From NCBI RefSeq assembly GCF_009914755.1, contig NC_060936.1: a stretch of 64,000 bases of DNA; one strand, written 5' to 3'. Source of the DNA: the human T2T-CHM13v2.0 reference genome, Homo sapiens. A program made the position numbers and the translations under genes. The notes under the pieces are model-generated. The model was not told the origin of the DNA. It was given only the letters and a program-made list of their open reading frames with translations, and did no database searches. Below are positions 12,719 to 27,369 of the stretch, piece by piece (position 1 is the first letter of the stretch; each line of letters starts with the position of its first letter).

Positions 12719-13222
12719 GGAAGGAAGGAAGGAAGGAAGGAAGGAAGGAAGGAAGGAAGGAAGAAAAGAAAGAAAGAAAAGAAAGAAGGAAAGAAAAAAG
12801 AGAAGAAAGAGAGAAAGAGAAAGGAAGGAATGGAGAAGAAAGAAAGGAAGGGAGGAAGGAAGGAAGGGAGGAAGGAAAGAAAGAAGAAAAGATAGAAAAA
12901 TAAAGGAAGGAAGGGAGGAAGGAAGTAAGAAAGGATGGGAGGAAGAGAGGTAAGGAAGAGAGGGAGGGAGGAAGGAAGGAAAAGAGGAGGGGAGGAAGGA
13001 AGGAAGATAGGGAGGAAGGAAGGGAGGAAGGAAGGAAGAGAGGAAGGGAGGAAGGCTGGAAGGAAGGAAGAGAGGAAGGGTAGAAGGAAGAAAGAGAGGA
13101 AGGGAGGAAGGAAAGAAGGAAGGAAGAAAGAAAGGAAGGGAAGAGGAAGAGGGGGGAAGGAAGGGAGAGAGAAAGGGAGGAAGGAAAGGAGGAAGGAAGG
13201 GAGGAAGGAAGGAAAGAAAAGA
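12719..13222. repeat. About 500-bp polypurine tract starting with (GGAA)11
   Basis: Almost exclusively G/A on the plus strand, built of GGAA/GGGA/GAAA units. Confidence 0.97.
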
Positions 13223-13599
13223 GCTCAAGGAGTCTGTGTAGCAGTCTCCTTGCATCTGTTTCTAAATACTAGGCTGAATATTCATAAAGGGAAACTTCAC
13301 AATGCTTTTTAAAGAACCGCTGGGAAGCTATAAACTGAAAAATTCCCAGAGCACCCACAGAACTAGGAGACATTTGAGTTCCAACCAACCAAAGTGAAAA
13401 AAACCTTATTGAACACCTGGGGCACTTAGTAGAGACTCCAGAAGGATAATCCTTTACTGGTAGGGTTAAACTAGCTCTAGAGTAAAGGCTTCCCTAGACC
13501 AACCCTAACAAAGCTTTCCAAAAAGATTCAAAAGAATAAAGATAATCTGCAGGTAAACTAACTACCTTCAAAACAAAATTCACTTTAAAGAAAAATTTT

Positions 13600-14493
13600 C
13601 CTTCTGGAGCCGCTGCTGCCAGCAACATGTCCAAGGTTAATTCAGAGGTGCATGGGGCCAGCTAGCCTGAGCTTTCTCACCTTCAAAGTCTATGCAGCTC
13701 CAAAAAAGGACTCACCTCCAAAAAATCCCATGAAGGCTGATGAGTTTTCATTCTACTCAGTTCCCAAGGGCCAATATAAATACGTGGAGGAGTTAAGAAC
13801 CCAGCTGGAAGAAAGCATCTCTCAGCTCCAGCATTATCGTGAGCCACATACAAGTTGGTGTCAGGAAACATACTCCCAGACTAAGCCCAAGATGCAAAGT
13901 TTGGTTCAGTGGGGGTTAGACAGCTATGAATATCTCCAAAATGTATCCTCTGGGTTTTTTTCCAAGACATGGTGCTATAATTTTGCTGGCCTTGTTGGAC
14001 TCCTTTTGGCTAGAGGTTCAAACAGAAAGAAGCTCCACCTGGTTTCATGGCATTAGCTGCCTCTGTCTATCACCCACAACAAGCTATTGTGTTTGCCCAG
14101 GTCAGTGGGGAGAGATTATATTATTGGGGTTTACAAAGATATATAGTCATAGAAGATATATGGAAGGAGCACTTTCAAAAGCCAGGAAATGAGAATTCAC
14201 CTATAAATAAGTAGAAAACGCCATGCTTTGCCCATTTTAATCAGTTATAGGTAAATATTGGAATCTCCTTATAATAAACCAGGGCTTCTACAGAAAAATG
14301 GCAGAGAAATCAGTATTGAATGTATTAAATTTGCATTCTTCTTCAGGAAAATCTAGGCCTCTGTTATCTTGGGTGATGCTGTCCTACAACCAAACTAATC
14401 TGAAATCCTTTCACCTAAAGATAACGTATAAGCCTTAGAACTCCTCATTCTCATGTTGCTATTTATGTACATAATTAAAATACAAGTAAAAGA
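13600..14493 (+). pseudogene. APOOP3: Processed pseudogene of APOO (apolipoprotein O / MIC26); probably APOOP3
   Basis: Intronless copy translating to [24 protein letters not shown]...[19 protein letters not shown]...[10 protein letters not shown]. Original ATG at 13627, several frameshifts, former stop near 14212, ATTAAA at 14474, short A tail and an imperfect TSD. The parent gene is secure; the number in the symbol is from memory. Confidence 0.9.
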
Positions 14494-14689
14494 AAAGAAA
14501 TTTTTAAATGCAGACATTTAAAGCCTAAAATTTGTATACTAAAATCAGTATACATAAAATTATTAGTAGGCATGTGAAGAAGCAGGAAAAAGTACAGGGC
14601 AAATGAATCAATAGAAAAAGACCAAGAAATGACAGCAATAATGAAATTCACAGATAAGGACTTTCAAACACCTATTTAAAATATACTCA

Positions 14690-15085
<396 letters not shown>

Positions 15086-16023
15086 TTATCTGAAATGAAA
15101 AAATTAATTGAATGGGTTTAAGAGTAGTTTAGATACTATAGAAGAAAAGATCAATAAACTTGAAGGCATAACATTAGAAATTATCCAAACTGAAGCATAT
15201 AGAGGGAAAAAAGTTTGTTAAAAAAAATAGAGCCTCAGCGATCTGTGGATCAATATTTTGCAGACTTTCATATGTGTATTTGAATTTCTGGAAAAAGGGA
15301 GGGCAGGAAGGCAGAAAAAATATATTTGGAAAGATAATTTCTGAAATATCTCCAAATTAGATGGAAACTATAAACTCATAGATCCAAGAAGCTCAACAAA
15401 TTGCAAGCAAGATAACTCCCCAAAAAACTATACCAAAGCACATCTTAATCAAACTGCTAAAAACAAGTGATAAAAAGAGAAAAATCTTAAAAGCAGGCAG
15501 AGAATAAAAGACACATTACTTACAGGGAAATAAGCTTAAAAATATCTGCTAGAAAAAAATGAATTTTACAGTGCCAAAAGAAAAAAAAAGTCAATCTAGA
15601 ATTCTACCTTCAATGATAATGTCCTTTGACAAATTAATATGAAATAAAAAATTTTCAAACAGACGTTGAAAAAAAATTGTTGCCAGAAGACCTTCATTTC
15701 AAGAAATACAAAAGGAGGTCTCAGGCTGAAGGAAAATTAAAACCAGAGAGAAATCAGAAGTGCTAAATATGTGGATACATATAAAATAATATTTTCTCTT
15801 TTTAAAATTTCCTTGAAAAAGAATTGACTTTTTAAATCAAAGATAATAACAATGTATTGTGAAATTCATAATACATAAAAGTAAAGGCTATGACAACAAC
15901 AGCACAAAGAATGAGAGGGTGGAAATAGAAATATCCATTGGAAGGTTATTATATGTGAAGTGGTACAATATTATTTGAAGGTGAATGTGTTAAGTTAAAG
16001 ATGAAGATATAAATTCTAGAAAA

Positions 16024-16416
<393 letters not shown>

Positions 16417-17879
16417 TTAAATGGAATACTAAAACATAGTCAATTAATCTAAAACAAGGAAAAAAGGGACATAGAACAGACGTGGCAAACAGAAAATAGT
16501 CAAATGGTAGATTTAAAGGTAACCATGTTACTAATTACAGGAACTATAAATGTCCAAACTCCCGATTTAAAAAGCAGAGATTGTCAGGATTTTTAAAAGG
16601 AAGACTCAGTGATGCTGTCTACAAAAAACAGTATTTTAAATATGAAGACTCACATAGGTTAAAAGTAAAAGGATAGAAAAAAACATATAACAAGAAAACA
16701 CAATTTATAAGAAAACTGGAGTGGATTTCTTAATATCAGACAAAATCAGCTTCAGGACTATAAATATTAGTGGAGAAATTGTTGAAGCTGGGTGACCGCT
16801 AAAGGACAATTCACGATACTATTCTATCTACTTTTGTTTATTGTTGAGATTTTTCATAATATAACAATAAAATTGAGAAGTGAGAAATGTGTTAAGACAA
16901 ACAAGACTCTTGTCTGTGTGTGTGTTTGCACTGAATATACTCATCACTTATTTTGGTTACCCATTTTGAGACAAAAATAGCTTTACTATTTTTGCATTAT
17001 CAGTCTTATAGAGACCAATCTTTTCTTCCTTTATTACTCTAATTTCTCTTACAATGATTATAATACACACATTTTTGAAATAATGATACCTAGGGGTATT
17101 AGGGAGGGTTAATAATTCTCCTGGTGAATATGGGTATTAAGTTCTGGAAAACAGTGGTGGATTTCAGTTTTATAGAGTTCCTAGAATTACTACTTATTGA
17201 AACACTGTTTGGAACTCATATTTTATAGCTTTTTTTTCAAATAATACAGAACAGAAAAGAATGCTTTTTGTTATTAACAGAATTTTTTCTTTTTTCATAA
17301 AAAAAGAAAAGCAATTTGATAAAAAGGCATATAATTTACATGACAATAAAACACTTCACAAGTGCTATAAATAACATTTAGCCCAGTATTGAAAAGATTT
17401 TATCATTTAACTTCCTTTCTATTATTTATTCTTACAATAATTTCATACAGTTTATCACAGATAGGTATTATTTTATTTTCAATCTCAGTAAAGTTTTGTA
17501 GATAAGCGCCTAAGCTATTCTCATATTCAGAAGTCAGAAACAAAATATGTCTATATGCATTTTCTTTTCTAATTCACTAGGTATCACTCAAATTTCCATC
17601 AGAAACTGAAAGATAATATTCAACAGTATTTTACCAAATATACTGCCTTAGACACACAGCATTTTTCGTTATACAGTAATTTTAACATTGTATATTTTCA
17701 TGAAAACATACAAAGCCCTTTCATATGGTAATTCATTAATATTTATTTAGCAAATATCATGTGCCAAGCACTTTCATGAACAGGAACATAGCTTTATTTG
17801 TTTTAATTTATTCCCTGATTTGTTTTGACAAGGATTTTAAAAGTGTTTTCAAAGATACATTGGATATAACTTGATTGCA

Positions 17880-18530
17880 TGCATTTTCCAGCTAGGGATC
17901 ATCTTAATGTCTAAGTCAGAACACATCATTGCACGCCTCTGCTCAAAACTTTCCAAGAGCTTCCTTTCCCTCCCAGGAAAGAGCCTGTCAGTTGCTTACA
18001 TTGCTCACATTCGTGATTCTCGATCCTGGCTGCATATTAGAATTACCTAGGGCCCTTTTAAAACTTACTGAAGTTTAGGTCCCATTTCAACCCAATGAAA
18101 TCAGGATTGGTTGCATCAAGTTGGGGGTTCTCCAGGTGGATTCAAATGTGCAGTCAGGGTTCAGAACCTCTACCCTGTACCCATCAAGCTTTACCCAACA
18201 CATACAATCTTCCCCCATCCCTCCATCCCCCAAAACCTCTTCTACAACTTTCCCCAGAACCCATTTCTCTCTAGCCACACTGGCTCCTCAAGGATCTTCC
18301 AACATGCTGGGCATACTCCCAGATCAAGGCCTTGGCCTCAACTAATCCCTCTACCTACAATTCTCCCAATCACAAGTCTTGCTCCCTCACTTCTTTCAGG
18401 TCTTTGCTCAAGTTCGTCTTTGCATTGAGGGTTCCCTATCTCTGCTTTTTAAACCATACCCTCCTCCCACCATGCTCTGATACTCCCTAATCTCCCTTTC
18501 CTGTTTTATTTTGATTGGCAGCACTTGTAA
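17880..18530 (+). mobile_element. L2 fragment interrupted by a MER5-type element (about 18010-18172)
   Basis: L2-like ctctgctcaaaactttccaa and ctagccacactggc; MER5-like gcatattagaattacctaggg...ctccaggtggattcaaatgtgcag. Confidence 0.6.
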
Positions 18531-18923
18531 GAGAAAGACATTTACATTAAGGAAGTGCAAAAATAGACTTGATTATTAGACTTCCTTTTCCTAAAAGTTC
18601 TATATTGGTTCACCTTAATTAAAACTGGCTTTCTTTTCACACAGGCTCCAGGCTTCAGCCATGGTCATTTGCTTCTTGTTTCTTCTCTTCTCTCTCCTGT
18701 GTTCTCCCTCATTCCTAATTTCTGTTTATTTCTTCATTAAGTACAGTTTAGCCTTCTCTTTAGTTAAAATTTCTCCTTCCAATACATACTGTTGGGAACT
18801 ACTTGCACTTACAACTCTTTGTTAAGATAATTTCCTAAATAAAAATAGCTCTCTTCCACTTTAAGAACTATGTTGCCAACCATAGAAATAATTTTTCTCT
18901 GTTAAAAAATGGTTACGCATAAA

Positions 18924-19210
18924 GGCTGGGTGCAGTGAATCATGCCTGCAATCCTCACACTTTGGGAGCCAAGGTAGGAGGATCACTTGAGCCTAGGAGT
19001 TCGAAACCAGCTTGGATAATATAGCAAGACCACATCGCTAAAAAACACCGCCTTTAAAAAAATTAGCCAGGCATAGTGGTGTGTGCCTGTAGTCCTAGCT
19101 ACTCAGGAAGCTGAGGCAGGAAAATCACTTGAGCCCAGGAGTTCAAAGTTACAGTGCATGATTGTGCCACTGCACTCCAGTCTGGGTAAAAAAGCAAGAC
19201 CCTGTCTCTA
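18924..19210 (+). mobile_element. AluJ-type SINE
   Basis: Dimer with J features; ends cctgtctct followed by a T run instead of an A tail. Confidence 0.9.
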
Positions 19211-19888
19211 TTTTTTTTTTAACTGTATACAAAGAAGAGAAAGAAAGAGGTTAAGTGACTTCTCCAAGGTAAAATATCTAGTAATTAGAATTCAAACCTA
19301 GATGGTCTGTGATAACTATATTTCTTAATTTGTTGATGATAAGAAAAAAAAAGCCCTGGGTTAGGTAAACATTAGTATTGCCATTTCACAGAAAAAGATA
19401 CCAGCTCATCTCGTTCAGCTTTGCTTATAAATAAAAAGACACTGATCTTTTCATTATATCACATTGTAACAGAAGCTGAAATACCTTATGTTGAGAAATT
19501 GTAAGTTTGGTTTATATAACAAATATAACTGTAATGCTCTATTTTGAGGAACTATAAATTTAGGGAGATATATAATTATAGCCAACAATTATATAGCATT
19601 TGCCAGGTGACAGGCACTCTTCTAAGCATTCTACATGTGTTAAAGTATGTAACTCATATAACCTATATAACAACCCCATGAGGTGAGAATTATTATCATT
19701 ATCCTCATTTTATAGTCACACAGCTAATAAATGGTAGAGCTGGGATTTTAAACCAGGTAGTTTGATTCCAGAGTATGTGATCTTAGTCACTCTGTAATAT
19801 GAAGAAATAACTCCTACTTTAAATTCTGACCCTGCCCACACAGTTGAGGATTTACTATATGCCAGGCTATTCTAAGTGCTTTACACAT

Positions 19889-20256
19889 CGTATTAATCCA
19901 TTTAATCTGCTATTACAAAATACCTGAGACTGGGTAATTTATAAAGAGCAGGAATTTATTTCTCACAGTTCTGGAGGCTGGGAATTCTAAGGTCAAGGTG
20001 CCAGCAGATTTGGTGTCTGGTGAGGGCTGCTCCCTGCTTCCAAGTTGGTGCCTTGAACACTGTGTCTTATGGTAGAGAACAAAAAGGACAAAAGGGAGCT
20101 AGCTAGTTCCCTCGGGCCCTTTCATAAGGGCACTAATCCATTCATGAAGGCAGAGCCATCAGGACCTAATCACCTCCTAAAAGCCCCACCACTTAATGCT
20201 ATCACACTGGCAATTCAGTTTCAACACATGAATTTTAAGGGGCATTCAGACATATG
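19889..20256 (-). mobile_element. MaLR LTR (MST/MLT1A-like) inserted in a MIR
   Basis: acaaaatacctgagactgggtaatttataaag...tttatttctcacagttctggaggctggg...tttcaacacatgaatttt. Confidence 0.8.
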
Positions 20257-21149
20257 TTGTGTCATTTAATTCTTACAAAGTCCTGGTGAGGTAGGCATTA
20301 TCACCCACATTTTACAAATATGGAAACTAAGGCTCACAGAGCTAAATTACTCATATATACTAATGGAGCAAATAGATGGTGAGCCAACACTTAAATCCAT
20401 GTCTTACTATATTATAATATATTCTCTTTTCAGAATACATAGTGCATCTGGAAACATACACATACAAATACATACAAAATACATGGAATCCAAGTTCTCA
20501 GTGAACTTAGAAGTTAAAAAAGAAACGTGAACTTTTGATTTTGTTTTCAATTTTTAAAAATACAACAAAAATGATTGGAACCATGTTTTTCTCTTGACCT
20601 TAAGGGAAAGATGATGTCCTGTTTTTCGTATCTCAATACTAAGCACAGTGCTGGTGAATGAAAGAGCAAATATTCATTCCCATGAATAGGGATTTACTTC
20701 TTAAATTCTGAATTTTGGATATGATGGGCTCCTAAAAATGAGGTTTGTGCTTTAAATGCGATAGATATTGGAAGTTATCATATAAGCAGAAGAGATACTG
20801 CAGTATTTGGAAGATATTTAGCTTCACAAATAAATTAGCTGTAGACATTTGGCTAAATGAGATCTAGCCAAATAATATGTCTGAAATAAAATGGGCTATT
20901 AATATGGGGAATTTGGTTAAAGAAACTGCTTTTTGGGCTATGGAGAAAATGATCATAGTCAATAAGAGAGTTTAAGATTGTGTGAGTGTTTTTAAAAAGA
21001 AAGGGGATGATAAAAGTGTTCTGAATACAGGGTGTTGTCAACCTGGAAAGAGTGCTTGGAAAATATCACCTGATGGAGAGTAAGAGTAGTGTTTCTATGT
21101 GGGTTTCTGCAATGAACCATGCTGGGCAGGAGGCTAGGATGGGGTAGTA

Positions 21150-21635
21150 GGAGCTGTGGTCCCCAAATATGTCCACATCCTAATCTGAAACCTGTGGATA
21201 TGTTACTTTATATGGCAAAAGGGTCTTTGCAGATGTGATTAAGTATATTGATGGTGAGATTATCCTTGTGTGCCCAATATCATTACAAGGGTACTTGTAA
21301 CTGGAAAATGGCAGCAGGAGAGTCAGAGTTAGAGAAGGAGATGTGACATCAGAAGCAGAGATTGAGGTGATGAGCTTTAAAGATAAAGGAAAGGATCACA
21401 ACCCAGGGAATGCAGACAGCCTCTGGAAACTGGAAAGGGCAAGGAAACAGTTTCTCCTCTAGAGCCTCCAGATGGAATACAGTTCTGCCTACACTTTAAT
21501 TGTGAGACCTATTTAATTTAATTGTGAGACCCATTTTGGACTTCTGAGTTCCAGAACCATAAAACAATAAATGTGTTATTTTAAGACACCAATTGTATGG
21601 CAATTTGTTACAAGACCAATAGGAAACTAATACAG
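21150..21635 (+). mobile_element. MaLR LTR (MLT1C/D-like)
   Basis: atgtccacatcctaatc...ctttgcagatgtgattaag...ctctagagcctccaga...ataggaaactaataca. Confidence 0.8.
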
Positions 21636-22444
21636 AAGCCAAGTTATCAATCATCATCATGGTCAAAGAAGCAGTTTTTAAAGAGGACAAGGCTGAGCAA
21701 GCAAAAGAATATATCACTAAGAATAAGATTAATAAGTGGTGCTAGGTAAAATTTCCATATATATAAAATAAAAGACAAATGACATACTGTGAAAAACACC
21801 TGCAATAAATATGGCAGAAAAGAAATGCCATTATTATTGATAAAGAGCTTTTCCAAATTAAAAAAAAATAGCATCCCTATGGCAAAGTAAGCAAAGAACA
21901 TCAATACATAATACCTAGGAAGACTGTAAATGGCAATAAGTATATGTTTAAAAAATAATCTCACTTCAAATGAAGAAATGCAAATTGAAACAAGACTGAG
22001 ATACCATTTTTAATTTACAAAACTGGAGCAGGCTTTTAAAAAAATCATATTCAAAGTTAGCAAGAATTCCAATAGACTGGTAGTCTTAGCCACTGCTGAT
22101 AAAAGTGTTTAGTCATGAGCTCTTTTTGAAAAATGAATTACTAATATTTATTAAAAGGTTTTAAAATGTTTACATGGTTTGATCCAGTAATTCTGCATTT
22201 AGGGATTGGGCTGGTAATTCTTTTGCCTCATCCATGTCTCCATTCCACCTCCTCTTTGTCCTACTCTATGTATTGTATAGATTAGATTCACAGGATTCCT
22301 TGCTCTCTAGCTTCTAGCAGGGCTTAGCCAATGAAAGCACTTAAAGGAGCTCAGAGGGAAGAAAGGAGATTTGGGAGTATTTATTCCCCCCAACTGCTCC
22401 CTCCTTGCAGCCGTAGTTTTGTGAGTGGCATCATTCCTCTAAGC

Positions 22445-22597
22445 CAGTCCTTCTCAAACTTGAGTGCATCAGAATCATCTTGGGGCCTTTTTCCTAACTC
22501 AGTAGGATGGAGACAGGGCCCAGGAATTTGCATTTTCAACAGGTTCCAGATATTTCTGGTGCTGCTGATCACAACACTACATTTGGAGAAGCACAGC
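22445..22597. mobile_element. MER5A-like hAT element, within a probable old LTR (about 22220-22860)
   Basis: cttctcaaacttgagtgcatcagaatca...ggcccaggaatttgcatttt...tttggagaagcac. Confidence 0.7.
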
Positions 22598-25500
22598 ATT
22601 AAAGCCACAGTTCTCCTGGGACGGTCTCGATTCCTCAGCTGAGACTTTCTCTGTGTTCCAGTGACCCTATAGCCTCCGCTTTCTCCTTCAGATACAGGTG
22701 CAGGTAAGGGCTTCTTTGACAATCCCTAAGTGTTTCACCGTTCCTTGTTGATTCCTTTATAATCCTGTCCACACCTCTTGTAATCAGTCCCTTCATTTAA
22801 TTCACTTGAATTGAACACTTTGAACACGTGCCATTAGTTTCCTGCTAAAACCCTGGCTGATGTAGAAATTTGTCCTGGGGAAATAATCAAAGATGAAGAC
22901 ATAGACTTATGTGTAAGGATGTGTTTTTGCAGCATAATTTGCAATAGCAAAAACATTAGAAACAAGGTATATGTTCAACAACAGGGGAAACTTAGAATAT
23001 TATACACTTATGAGTGACTAACTACATAACTATACTGACTAACCTGTGGAATACTCATGATGTTTAAATGAGAATAAGATATAAAACTATACTTAGAGAA
23101 CATTCCCAATTTTTTAATTATGTGTGGATATGCTGGTATAAGGTTTAAATTGAGGTGAAATTGGAAAAAGAGTGTAGTTTATTGAAGGAGGATTTGCTTT
23201 GCTGGTGTATTTGTATTTTTCTGATTGAATATTTTGAACCAAAAGTGTAATTCCTACTTAGATTTTTTTCTCACTTATTTCCAATTGGTATCAGCATGAA
23301 TACTGCATTTTACATAAAATATAAATATGGTTAAATAGAAAAGAGTCAGAATTCTATTCTAGCAATGGAATTAATTCCTTATGTCACAACCATTTTCTAT
23401 ATGACCCCGTTTTAATACATGGATTCAGACAAGTGTAATCCACAAATATTTACTGAGAGCCCGCCCTCAAAAAATTGACACTCTAGAAGGAAACATAAGA
23501 CACAAGGATGCAATGTGGAATCGTAGAAAAAACACAACTTGGAATGAAAACACCAGAGTTGGAGTCTGGGCTATGTCATAACCACAATTAAGCAGTTCAT
23601 AAAATTTTTTGCAGAGGATATAGTAGAATGTAAATTACAAAGCTCAATTATGTAATCAAGGAATCATGAAAAGCTTTTTAATTAGAGTCTAAATGCTCTG
23701 TGGCATGCATAATAGCAAGTATGTGTTTACTAAGTCAGAGTTAACATTAGTCTGTCCTTTCAATTCTTCTCCAATTCAGAACAGATATACACATTGTTCC
23801 CATTGCACAGGCATAATTACAAAATTTTGGAATATTGGTTACATTGAAAATGAATATTCAAAAACCAGAGCTGATGGCTAAAACAGAGGTGGCATTATTC
23901 TTAGAGGGAAAGTCAGAATACCCTGACTCTTAATTATGGTGGGTTTTCATAAAGAAGACTGGAAAGGCTGCTTAGGAATCTAGCTTATGAAAAGAAAATG
24001 TACAGGACAACATTGATGTGAGCCAGAGATAAAATGATAAAGAAAAATTATACAGCAGAAAGATGACACAATAGTGGACTAATGGCATCAAGCTGATATT
24101 GACTGAAGGGTTCAAATAAAATTTGAATGTAGGAGAAAATGGAACAGCAAATTGAAGGATATGAGCAATTAAAACGTGATGATAGTTCCAATTCTGATAT
24201 TTTCTGTCTTGATTACAGCATCCTTATATTCTAATTATCCCATTCTTTCATGACCACCAAACCTACTATTTGTACAAATAATAAATTCCAATTCTTTACT
24301 TTTCTCTGTTCTTTCAGAATACCTACCTACCCACTGCAACCCATTTGCCTTCCTACCCAGTATGACCCTATGGCCAGCCTTGCCAGTAGCACACTTGTTT
24401 GAACATTGGCCTGGATTCTGTGGCATAGCCTGTTTGCCGGTCTTCAAGCAAGGAAATCTCTACTGAATATTTTCTTTGCTCATACTCAAAAGATGCCATG
24501 CCTGGCTATAGAATCACAGAACTTTTGCCTAAAATGGTGATAAAGAACACAATAAAAATTCTCTTCTAAATTCCCACCGAACTAACCAGGAAAATATATG
24601 AAATGAGGGAAATTGTCTATGAACATAAGGTAAAATAAAAGATAGAGTCAGATTCTGTTAAGAAACAAAATTATCCTTCTTACCTACCTGTGAAGTAGGA
24701 TTGAAATATGGCAATCTTTCTTCCTGAACATTACTCAGTGCCACAGTGACTATGACTCAGTAACTAAAGTTATCAAAGTTCTACTTATTCTTAGTTACCT
24801 AGGTCATTTATTATCACATAGGGAAGTAATAGGGTGGCATTTTCAGGTATCCAAGGACTCAGAAACCAGATTGTCTTCCCAGGTAAAAATCCTGAAGGCC
24901 TACTTTAGGACCCCAAGATATTAATCAAAATTTAGATTCAAGAAGAAAAAAGTGGTGGCCTAAATGAATTGGAGTGATCAATAAGATGAGTTAAATATAT
25001 AGAGATAAATTGAATTTATACAAATGGTCTATAAATTTGAAATAAAGCTACTTGGAACATATTATTTATACTATTTAGTACAAAGACAATTATGCAGTTT
25101 ATGACTACATTTTAAATGAAAGAGAAAAACAAAAACAAAAACACAGGAGAGAAAGGAGGAATTTCACAAAGGGAGACAAAGCCCTGGGTGAAACGTTTTT
25201 CAAAAAAGGAAGTCAAGTTCTTACATTGCCCTTGATTTTAATAATTAGATGCTAATGGCCTAAGAATGGTTTAGTGGAAACAGGATGCTTTATTTCTCAA
25301 TTATTGCAGAGAAAAAGAGCAAATTAATAGTCCATACCTAAGAAGAGGAAAGAGATTAAAACTCAAGAAGTATAAAATAAGACTTTTTATTTCTTAACAA
25401 TTAAAATGGTCATTTGCTGATTTTTCTGCCCCGCATTTCTGCATTTTTCTGGGAAAAGCACTCCATTCCCCCATCCCCACTGTAATCATAGACTCCAAAT

Positions 25501-26937
25501 GGAGTCCAATGTGGTTTTTAGATGATCTTATTTCCCCAGTCTAGATAATCTAGAAGTGACCCTCTAACTTAAGCTGAGTCAATCATAGAACATCATCTTC
25601 CTCACCCACTCACCATCCGGCCCTATAAACTGGTACAGCACAGAGGCATATAGACATCTGGCACAAACTGTGACCATCATGCTCCTTCTTCAGGGTTTGT
25701 TCAACTGGATCTGCGGGGAGGCATTTTTTTTCTCTAAAGAGATAAAGCCGAGAGATGTGTGACATGGTGTATGTGGAGAAAACTAATCAGAGAGAAGCAA
25801 AGAAGGGAGGCTGAGTAAGAGAATACTGGTGGTATCAAGTGTCTGGCTCAATGGGTCTCTAGCTGCACTCGTGTAGGAGCCAGTGAATTTCCATTTTGCC
25901 TAAGCTAATTTGAGATAAATGTCTACATCTTGCAACCACGTACTACGCAAATGGAAGAATTATGATTGTAAATGTAAATGAGCTTAATTCTCTTAGTAAA
26001 AAGTCAAAGACTCAGATTAGAATGGAAAATGAAATCTAGTTATTTAAAGAAAGGCATCTAAAATAAAAGATTACAAAAAGATTAAAATAAAATAATTTGT
26101 AAATACAAACCAGACAGATACAGAAGACAAATATAATTCAAAGCTGAAAGCATTCAACAGAAAAAGTATTGTCCCTTGGTATGAATTAATAGCGCGCTCC
26201 ATAGAAAAGACATAGCAGGGCTGATGTAGAGGCTTAAGAATGTCTTCAGGGTACTTTTCTATTTCTGTTTTACCATCCTTGGCATGTGGCTCTCATTCTG
26301 GTTACAAGATGGATGCTTTAGCTTCAGACATCACTTCTGTGTTTCAGGCAGAAAAAAGAAGGGAGAAACAAAGCAGAAGGGATGGCATCTAAATTAAGAA
26401 AGCAAAACTTTCTAGGAATCACTGGCAGGCTTCTGTTTTACATCTCATTGTTAAGAAGCACATCATACAGCCACTCATAGTCGCAATGGAGGCCAAGAAT
26501 TTATAAGCAGGGCACACTGACACCCCTAAATTATAATTCTGTTACCAAAAAAAGGAGAGAATGGAAACTGCAAAGGCAACTTGTAGTGGCTGGCACATCT
26601 GTCAAAGGTAACATAAATTATACACTCTTGCATCTTTTACAGTCCTCTGGTTTTTATGAGAAAGATTTTTCCTAAACACTCCTCAGCCTGTTTGTATAGC
26701 TCCTGGCCTCAAACTTCCCCAGGGAAGATGGAGTGACTTCTCTGCTTAGTGAGTTTAGGGTAAGAAACAGGCATACACAGTTCAGTTGTCTCTTTTTTTC
26801 TCTTTACAGGGAATACATTTTGGTCCGCTGCATTATGACATCGGCATTTTACAGCACTGGGGTCGTTGTGAGGAGGACTTGGTTTTCCAGTTGTGCCTGG
26901 GATGCTGGAGTGGGCGGGTAAGCACGCCTTGTTCTGA

Positions 26938-27354
<417 letters not shown>

Positions 27355-27369
27355 TAAAGAAATGTTGGG

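Noticed and set aside
12629-13312. ORFs of 208, 78 and 125 aa
   Set aside because: They are translations of the polypurine tract, which is nearly free of stop codons by composition.
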